DNA from: an uncultured cyanobacterium
GTDB lineage: Bacteria; Cyanobacteriota; Cyanobacteriia; PCC-6307; Cyanobiaceae
Assembly (NCBI GenBank): GCA_963697335.1
Contig: CAVONQ010000012.1
Location: forward strand, 1-18,035
DNA: 18,035 bases
Reading direction: 5' to 3'
Below, one piece after another: positions 11,678 through 18,035 of this stretch (positions are counted from its first letter, which is position 1; each line of letters starts with the position of its first letter). Both the position numbers and the translations under genes were made by a program. Below the pieces are notes generated by a model. That model did no database searches. It was not told where the DNA came from and saw nothing but the letters and a program-made list of their open reading frames with translations.

Positions 11678-11795
11678 TTCGAGGTCGAGATCCGGCCTGC
11701 GCGCTGGGGCCTCTGGCCCTGTCCGCCCAGCCAGCCACCGCGACCACGCCAAGGGTCAGACCACCCGATGGCCCGCCAGGGCCCATGACCCGTCT

Positions 11796-11869
11796 GGGAC
11801 TGTAGTTCAACCGGTTAGAGCACCGCCCTGTCACGGCGGAAGTTGCGGGTTCGAATCCCGTCAGTCCCG
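11796..11869 (+). tRNA. trnD: tRNA-Asp (GTC)
   Basis: Acceptor stem GGGACTG/CAGTCCC, anticodon arm CCGCC-CTGTCAC-GGCGG, T-loop GGTTCGAATCC, discriminator G. The 3' CCA is not encoded. Confidence 0.98.
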
Positions 11870-11920
11870 TTTCCCTCCACTGGTCCTGCTCCGACCGGTG
11901 GTTTCCATGGAGTGCAGCAG

Positions 11921-13384
11921 GTGACCTCAGCTGGCGCGGTGCGCGTTCGACTCGCCCCCAGCCCCACCGGCACCCTGCACATCGGCACAGCCCGCACGGC
12001 GGTGTTCAACTGGCTGTTCGCCCAGCGCCACGGCGGCCAGTTCCTGCTGCGCATCGAGGACACCGACCGCGAGCGCAGTCGCCCTGAATTCACCGCCAAC
12101 ATCCTCGAGGGCCTGCGCTGGCTGGGGCTGAACTGGGACGGCGAGCCGGTGATCCAGAGTCAGCGGCAGGAGGCCCACCAGGCGGCCATCCAGCAACTGC
12201 TCGACTCCGGCCGGGCCTACCGCTGCTACGCCAGCGAGGCCGAGCTCAGCGCCATGCGGGAGCTGCAGGCGGCCAGCAAGCAGGCCCCCCGCTACGACAA
12301 CCGCCACCGCTCGCTCACGCCCGAGCAGCAGCAGGCCTTCATCGCTGAGGGGCGCGAGGCGGTGATCCGCTTCCGCATCGACGACGGGCGCAGCATCGGC
12401 TGGAACGACCTGGTGCGCGGAGCCATGCGCTGGGCCGGCGCCGACCTGGGCGGCGACATGGTGATCGCCCGCCGCGCTCCAGCCGATCGCATCGGCGACC
12501 CCCTCTACAACCTGGTGGTGGTGGTGGACGATGCCGCCATGGCGATCAGCCACGTGATCCGCGGCGAAGACCACATCGCCAACACCGCCAAACAGCTGCT
12601 GCTCTACGAGGCCCTCGGCCTGCAGCCCCCCGTGTTCGCCCACACCCCGCTGATCCTCAACCAGGCCGGCAGGAAGCTCTCCAAGCGCGACGGCGTGACC
12701 TCGATCAGCGACTTCCAGGCCATGGGCTACACGGCGGCGGCCCTGGCCAACTACATGACCCTGCTGGGCTGGTCGCCGCCGGAGGGCATGGGCGAGCGCT
12801 TCAGCCTGGAGGAGGCCGCCCAGGTGTTCGGCTTCGAGCGGGTGAACCGGGCCGGGGCCCGCTTCGACTGGGACAAGCTCAACTGGCTCAATGGCCAGGT
12901 GCTGCACGAGCAGGGGCCGGAGGGCCTGCGCCAGCAGCTGCTGCCCCTGTGGGCGGCGCGGGGCTGGCCTGGGCCGGGCAGCGGCCAGGCCGCCGAGGCC
13001 CAGGCCGACCCCCACTGGCAGCGCGAACTCTGCGCCCTGATCGGCCCCTCCCTCACCCTGCTGCAGGACGGCGTCGAGCAGGCCGAGCCCTTCTTCAGCC
13101 AGCCACCTCTGAATGAGGCCGCCAGCCAGCAGCTGGAGGTTCAGGGGGCCAGGCAGAGCCTCGCGGCCCTGGTCCAGCTGCTGCCGGAGGGAGCTCTGGA
13201 GGCCGATCAGGCCCAGGCACTGCTCACGGCGGCCGCCAAGGACGCCGGCGTCAAGAAAGGGGTGCTGATGAAGAGCCTGCGGGCCGCGCTGCTGGGCAGC
13301 TTGCAGGGCCCCGATCTAGTGGCCACCTGGCTGCTGCTCCACCGCAGCGGGGAGGATCGCCTGCGCATCGCCCGCGGCCTCTGA
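11921..13384 (+). CDS. gltX: Glutamate--tRNA ligase
   Basis: [18 protein letters not shown] (HIGH motif), LRIEDTD, VVDD....[10 protein letters not shown] and KLSKR (KMSKS motif). GTG 11921 has GGAG 8 nt upstream; the listed ORF start overlaps the tRNA. Confidence 0.98.
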   Translation: MTSAGAVRVRLAPSPTGTLHIGTARTAVFNWLFAQRHGGQFLLRIEDTDRERSRPEFTANILEGLRWLGLNWDGEPVIQSQRQEAHQAAIQQLLDSGRAYRCYASEAELSAMRELQAASKQAPRYDNRHRSLTPEQQQAFIAEGREAVIRFRIDDGRSIGWNDLVRGAMRWAGADLGGDMVIARRAPADRIGDPLYNLVVVVDDAAMAISHVIRGEDHIANTAKQLLLYEALGLQPPVFAHTPLILNQAGRKLSKRDGVTSISDFQAMGYTAAALANYMTLLGWSPPEGMGERFSLEEAAQVFGFERVNRAGARFDWDKLNWLNGQVLHEQGPEGLRQQLLPLWAARGWPGPGSGQAAEAQADPHWQRELCALIGPSLTLLQDGVEQAEPFFSQPPLNEAASQQLEVQGARQSLAALVQLLPEGALEADQAQALLTAAAKDAGVKKGVLMKSLRAALLGSLQGPDLVATWLLLHRSGEDRLRIARGL

Positions 13385-14608
13385 GGAGGCGCTGGTCTTG
13401 GGCTGTTCGCCCGGCGGTTGATTGAGGCCGAGCCAGCCCACCAGGGGGCCGGCGCTCAGGCCCTGGAGCCCCACGGTGAGCAGGATCGTGAGGAACACCA
13501 GGCCCTGCAGCCGGCCGGCCCCCACCACCCCCGCCTGCTCCAGGCGGATGGCGAACAGGCTGGCCACGGCGGCGGTGACGATGCCCCGGGGTGCCAGCCA
13601 GCTGAGCACGGCCTGCTGGGCCAGACTGAAGCCCATGCCCCAGGTGGCCAGGGCGATCGCCAGGGGGCGCAACACCAGCATCAGGCTGAGCACACAGGCC
13701 ACGCCCCCCCAGCCCAAGGGGCTCAGCTGGGCAAAGCTCACATCGGAGGCCAGCAGCGGGAACAGCATCGTGATCGCCAGCTGGGCCAGCTGGCGGATCA
13801 GGGCGTCGAGCTCGGCCGCATCGCTCTCGAGCCGGCGACCCACCACCATGCCGGCGGCCACGGCGGCCGGCAGCCCCGACTCCGCCAGCACCTGCTCAGC
13901 CCCGGTGAACATCAGGAAGAGGGTGCCGAGGGTGAGCTGAAGCCTCAACGGATCGGTGCGCGGCTCCACCGGCAGCCGCCGCAACACCTCCGCCAGCAGC
14001 CAGCCACAGGCGGCCCCCAGGGCCACCCCGCCCCCCAGACGCAACAGCAGGCCCGTGGCCAGCTCGCGCCAGCCGTGGAGGTTGCCGAGCACCAGTTCCA
14101 GCAGCAGCAGGGCGAGCACGGCGCCGATCGGCTCCAGCACCAGCCCCTCCCCCTCCAGCACTTCGCCAAGGGGGGGCTGCAGGCCGATCTGGCGCACCAG
14201 GGGGGTCACCACCGTGGGCCCGGTGGCCAGCACAATGGCGCTGAACACCGCCGCCAGGGGCCAGTCCAGGCCGGCCAGGCCATGGCCCACCAGCAGGCCA
14301 CCCACCAGGGCCAGCACCAGCCGCACCCCCACGATGCGCAGCACCGCCTGGCGGGTGCCGTCGTCCGGGAGGCGCAGGTTGAGGCCGCCATCGAACAGCA
14401 CCAGGCTCACGAACAGACCCACCACGGTCTCGAGGCCATCGCCGAGGTCGAGGGGCTCCACCAGGCCCAGGCCAGCCCGGCCGATCACGAGCCCGGAGCT
14501 CAGCAGCAGCACCACCCCTGGCAGACCCGTGAGCCAGGCCAGGGCCTGGGCCAGGGCGCCGGAGAACACCGTGACGCCCCAGAGGAGGCCCAGTCGCTCA
14601 GGGGTCAT
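13316..14608 (-). CDS. Cation:proton antiporter (CPA1/NhaP family)
   Basis: Multiple TM helices with [43 protein letters not shown] and TV.LQGL. Confidence 0.95.
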   Translation of the reverse strand: MTPERLGLLWGVTVFSGALAQALAWLTGLPGVVLLLSSGLVIGRAGLGLVEPLDLGDGLETVVGLFVSLVLFDGGLNLRLPDDGTRQAVLRIVGVRLVLALVGGLLVGHGLAGLDWPLAAVFSAIVLATGPTVVTPLVRQIGLQPPLGEVLEGEGLVLEPIGAVLALLLLELVLGNLHGWRELATGLLLRLGGGVALGAACGWLLAEVLRRLPVEPRTDPLRLQLTLGTLFLMFTGAEQVLAESGLPAAVAAGMVVGRRLESDAAELDALIRQLAQLAITMLFPLLASDVSFAQLSPLGWGGVACVLSLMLVLRPLAIALATWGMGFSLAQQAVLSWLAPRGIVTAAVASLFAIRLEQAGVVGAGRLQGLVFLTILLTVGLQGLSAGPLVGWLGLNQPPGEQPKTSASSEAAGDAQAILPAAVEQQPGGH

Positions 14609-14729
14609 GCATCATCAGCAGCACGGAACCGGGGCTCCCGGTGGATGCCGATCACCGGCATCGTGTCTGCCCAGGATGGCCCAGCGGCGGGCGGATGGCA
14701 GGCTGGGGCCCGGAACGATCAGGACAGGC

Positions 14730-17700
14730 GTGGCAGCAGCGGAACCCGACAGCGCCAGGCCGCTGCTGCTGTTGATCGATGGCCATTCCCTGGCCTTCCG
14801 CAGCTACTACGCCCTCACCAAGGGAGGCGAGGGGGGCCTGAGCACCCGCGAGGGGGTGCCCACCTCGGTGACCTATGGCTTCCTCAAGGCCCTGCTCGAC
14901 CACTGCAAGGGCCTGCAACCCCAGGGACTGGTGGTGGCCTTCGACACCGCCGAGCCCACCTTCCGCCATCAGGCCGACGAGACCTACAAGGCCCATCGGG
15001 ATGAGGCCCCGGAAGCCTTCTTCCAGGACCTCGCCAACCTGCAGACGATCCTGCAGGAGAGCCTGGACATTCCCCTGTGCATGGCTCCCGGCTACGAGGC
15101 CGACGACGTGCTGGGCACCCTGGCCAACCAGGCGGCCAACGAGGGCTGGCGGGTGCGCATCCTCTCGGGCGACCGCGACCTGTTCCAGCTGGTGGATGAC
15201 AGCCGCGACATCGCCGTGCTCTACATGGGCGGCGGCCCCTACGCCAGGAACTCCGGGCCCCTGGAGGTGCGCCGCGAGGGGGTGGTGGCGAAGCTGGGCG
15301 TGACGCCCGAGGAGGTGGTGGACCTCAAGGCCCTCACCGGCGACAGCAGCGACAACATCCCCGGCGTCAAAGGCGTGGGTCCCAAGACCGCCATCAACCT
15401 GCTGGCGGCCTATCAGCATCTCGATGGGATCTACCAGGCCCTGGCCGAGCTGGAGCAGGCCGGTGCCAAGGCGAAGGATCCCAAGGGGGTGCTGAAGGGG
15501 GCCCTGATCGGCCGCATGCAGGACGGTCGCGAGAAGGCCTACCTGTCGCGCAGGCTGGCCGAAATCCTGGTGGACATCCCCCTGCCCCAGCCCCCGCGGC
15601 TGCGGCTGGGGGCCGTGGACAGCGAGGCCCTGCGCGCGAGCCTGGAGGAGCTGGAACTGCACAGCCTGGCCAGGCAGGTGGAGCGCTTTGCGGCGCTGTT
15701 CTCGGCGGAGCCGCCCACCGTCAAGGGAAAGGAGAGCCCGGCTGCATCCGCTCAAGCCCACTCCTCAGGACCGCAAGACAAGGTGGCTGGAGGCTCCAGC
15801 GCTGAAGGCCCTGCAGGTGGGAGCACGTCAGCTGGAGCCAAGAATGCAACAGGTGGAACCCAGGGGAAGGAGCCCGAATCTCAGCTGTCGGAAGCCCAGC
15901 CGGCTGGATCGCAGCAGAGCGAACCGCCTGTCCTCTCACCCCAGCTGATCACCACCCCTGAGGCCCTGGCCGAGCTGGTGGAGCGCCTGCAGGGCTGCAG
16001 GGATCCCCAGAACCCTGTGGCCCTCGACACCGAAACCACCGCCCTGAATCCCTTCCAGGCCGAACTGGTGGGCATCGGCGTGGCCTGGGGGGAAGGCCCC
16101 AGCGAGCTGGCCTACATCCCGATCGGCCACCAGGCCGCCATCGCTGACGACCTGCTCAGCCCGCCGCCGCCACCGCCGGTGCAGCTGCCGCTGGAGCAGG
16201 TGCTGACGGCCCTGGCCGCCTGGCTGGCCAGCCCAGGCCACCCCAAGGCACTTCAGAACGCCAAGTACGACCGGCTGATCCTGCTGCACCACGGCCTGGA
16301 GCTGCGAGGGGTGGTGATGGACACCCTGCTGGCGGACTACCTGCGCGATGCCAACGCCAAGCACGGCCTGGAGGTGCTGGCGCAGCGCAACTTCGGGTTC
16401 ATCCCCACCAGCTACGGGGAGCTGGTGCCCAAGGGCGCCAGCTTCGCGGCAGTGCCGATCGAGGCCGCCGCCCACTACTGCGGCATGGATGTGCACGTGA
16501 CCCGGCGGCTGGCGCCGCTGCTGCGCCGGGAGCTCGAGGCGCTGGGGCCGGCCCTGCCGGCCCTGCTGGATCAGGTGGAACTGCCCCTGGAGCCGGTGCT
16601 GGCGCTGATGGAAGCCACGGGCATCCGCATCGACACGGCCTACCTCCAGGAGCTGGGGAGCTCCCTGGGCGCCACCCTGGAGCGGCTGGAGGCCGAAGCC
16701 AGGGCCGCAGCGGGGGTGGACTTCAACCTGGCCAGCCCCAAGCAGCTGGGGGAGCTGCTGTTCGACACGCTGGGGCTGGAGCGGAAGAAGTCGCGGCGCA
16801 CCAAGACGGGCTGGAGCACCGACGCCACCGTGCTCGAAAAACTGGAAGACGACCACCCCGTGGTGCCCCTGGTGCTGGAGCATCGCGTGCTCAGCAAGCT
16901 CAAGAGCACCTATGTGGATGCCCTCCCCAGCCTGGTGGAGCCGGAAACCGGCAGGGTGCACACGGACTTCAACCAGGCAGTGACGGCCACCGGCCGGCTC
17001 AGCAGCAGCCATCCGAACCTGCAGAACATCCCCATCCGCACGGAGTTCTCCAGGCGGATCCGCAAGGCCTTCCTGCCCCAGGAGGGCTGGACGCTGATCA
17101 GCGCCGACTACTCCCAGATCGAGCTGCGCATCCTCACCCATCTGTGTGGCGAAGAGGTGCTGGTGGAGGCCTACCGCAACGGCGACGACGTGCACGCCCT
17201 GACGGCCAGGCTGCTGCTGGAGAAGGAGGAGGTGACCAGCGAGGAACGGCGGCTGGGCAAGACGATCAACTTCGGCGTGATCTACGGGATGGGAGCCCAG
17301 CGCTTTGCCCGCGAGACAGGGGTCAGCCAGGCCGCAGCCAAGGACTTCCTGAACCGCTACCGGCAGCGCTACCCCAAGGTGTTCGCCTTCCTGGAACTGC
17401 AGGAACGGCTGGCCCTCAGCCGCGGCTATGTGGAGACGATCCTGGGGCGGCGGCGGCCCTTCGCCTTTGATCCGGGCGGCCTGGGCCGCTACCTGGGCAA
17501 AGACCCGCTCAGCCTGGATCTGGAGCTGGCCCGTCGCGGCGGCCTCGAGGCCCAGCAGCTGCGGGCGGCCGCCAACGCGCCGATCCAGGGCTCCAGCGCC
17601 GACATCATCAAGCTGGCGATGGTGCAGTTGCAGGCCCGCCTGGAGCACGAAGGCCTGCCGGCCAGGCTGCTGCTGCAGGTGCACGACGAACTGGTGCTGG

Positions 17701-17828
17701 AAGCCGCCCCCGAGGCCGCCGAGGCGGTGCTGGAACTCACCCGCCGCACCATGGAGCAGGCCCTGGAGCTCAGCGTTCCGCTGGTGGTGGAGACGGGGGC
17801 TGGCCCGAACTGGATGGAGGCGAAGTAG
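14730..17828 (+). CDS. polA: DNA polymerase I
   Basis: 5'-3' exonuclease motifs LLIDGHSLAFR, EADD, SGDRD and GDSSDNIPGV.G.GPKTA. 3'-5' exonuclease motifs ALDTETT, QNAKYD and YCGMD. Polymerase motifs TGRLSS, DYSQIELR, KTINFGVIYG, NAPIQG and VHDE. Start uncertain: GTG 14730 after AGGACAGG, or ATG 14676. Confidence 0.98.
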   Translation: MAAAEPDSARPLLLLIDGHSLAFRSYYALTKGGEGGLSTREGVPTSVTYGFLKALLDHCKGLQPQGLVVAFDTAEPTFRHQADETYKAHRDEAPEAFFQDLANLQTILQESLDIPLCMAPGYEADDVLGTLANQAANEGWRVRILSGDRDLFQLVDDSRDIAVLYMGGGPYARNSGPLEVRREGVVAKLGVTPEEVVDLKALTGDSSDNIPGVKGVGPKTAINLLAAYQHLDGIYQALAELEQAGAKAKDPKGVLKGALIGRMQDGREKAYLSRRLAEILVDIPLPQPPRLRLGAVDSEALRASLEELELHSLARQVERFAALFSAEPPTVKGKESPAASAQAHSSGPQDKVAGGSSAEGPAGGSTSAGAKNATGGTQGKEPESQLSEAQPAGSQQSEPPVLSPQLITTPEALAELVERLQGCRDPQNPVALDTETTALNPFQAELVGIGVAWGEGPSELAYIPIGHQAAIADDLLSPPPPPPVQLPLEQVLTALAAWLASPGHPKALQNAKYDRLILLHHGLELRGVVMDTLLADYLRDANAKHGLEVLAQRNFGFIPTSYGELVPKGASFAAVPIEAAAHYCGMDVHVTRRLAPLLRRELEALGPALPALLDQVELPLEPVLALMEATGIRIDTAYLQELGSSLGATLERLEAEARAAAGVDFNLASPKQLGELLFDTLGLERKKSRRTKTGWSTDATVLEKLEDDHPVVPLVLEHRVLSKLKSTYVDALPSLVEPETGRVHTDFNQAVTATGRLSSSHPNLQNIPIRTEFSRRIRKAFLPQEGWTLISADYSQIELRILTHLCGEEVLVEAYRNGDDVHALTARLLLEKEEVTSEERRLGKTINFGVIYGMGAQRFARETGVSQAAAKDFLNRYRQRYPKVFAFLELQERLALSRGYVETILGRRRPFAFDPGGLGRYLGKDPLSLDLELARRGGLEAQQLRAAANAPIQGSSADIIKLAMVQLQARLEHEGLPARLLLQVHDELVLEAAPEAAEAVLELTRRTMEQALELSVPLVVETGAGPNWMEAK

Positions 17829-18035
17829 GGCGGGCCTCACCCGGCCGAGGCGGCAGGGCGTAGTGCTTCTCTTCGATCAGGGGGCTGCCACAGGCGAGGT
17901 TGATGGCCCGCTTGATGGCGGAACGGCGGTCGTTGATGCGGTAGATGCTGCGGGCCAGCTCCACGAAGGAAGCACCGAAGTCCTGGGCCCGTTCCTTGGC
18001 ACGGATGGCATCTTCCGCCTCCCACAACTGGGCAT
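17770..18035 (-). CDS. DUF6165-like protein, 3' part (start lies beyond the window)
   Basis: LWEAEDAIRAKE...DFGASFVELARSIYRINDRRSAIKRAIN...GSPLIEEKHY matches the LW..ED.IR..E...F..LARS.Y..ND.R..IK..IN...GS...EEK.Y pattern I recall for this family. Confidence 0.75.
   Translation of the reverse strand, partial: AQLWEAEDAIRAKERAQDFGASFVELARSIYRINDRRSAIKRAINLACGSPLIEEKHYALPPRPGEARPTSPPSSSGQPPSPPPAER

Noticed and set aside
11281..11900. tRNA genes as integration sites
   Set aside because: No integrase or duplicated tRNA 3' end seen, and the flanks are core genes.
13956..14729. Apparent 1290-aa PolA with an extra N-terminal domain
   Set aside because: The extension is S/R/P-rich antisense read-through of the antiporter gene; the PolA motifs begin near 14760.
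11927..17840. Long opposite-strand ORFs over gltX, the antiporter and polA (362, 528, 369 and 634 aa)
   Set aside because: Shadow ORFs caused by high GC3 codon bias.

Overview
A GC-rich (roughly 70%) core-genome region of a picocyanobacterium (Cyanobium/Synechococcus cluster 5 type, inferred from the PSHCP gene and gene order). From left to right it holds a fused 5-oxoprolinase/hydantoinase gene broken by a frameshift in a G7 run, with a further compensating frameshift pair near its 3' end. Next comes a ~0.9 kb lower-GC patch encoding an unassigned basic, beta-rich 179-aa protein. After that are yajQ, a SAM methyltransferase, a MAPEG protein, a short DprA/SLOG-like protein, a DRTGG/phosphotransacetylase-family protein, an SDR, map and a PepSY-TM-like protein. 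A translation cluster follows: rplS, tRNA-Trp, the hyper-conserved protein PSHCP, a structured spacer, tRNA-Asp and gltX. The window ends with a CPA1 cation:proton antiporter, polA and the 3' end of a DUF6165-like gene. I saw no mobile elements, CRISPR arrays or defence systems. The best leads are the orphan beta-roll-like gene, the predicted three-way-junction/switch RNA between PSHCP and tRNA-Asp, and the SLOG/YajQ/DRTGG cluster. All of these are hypotheses made without database searches.
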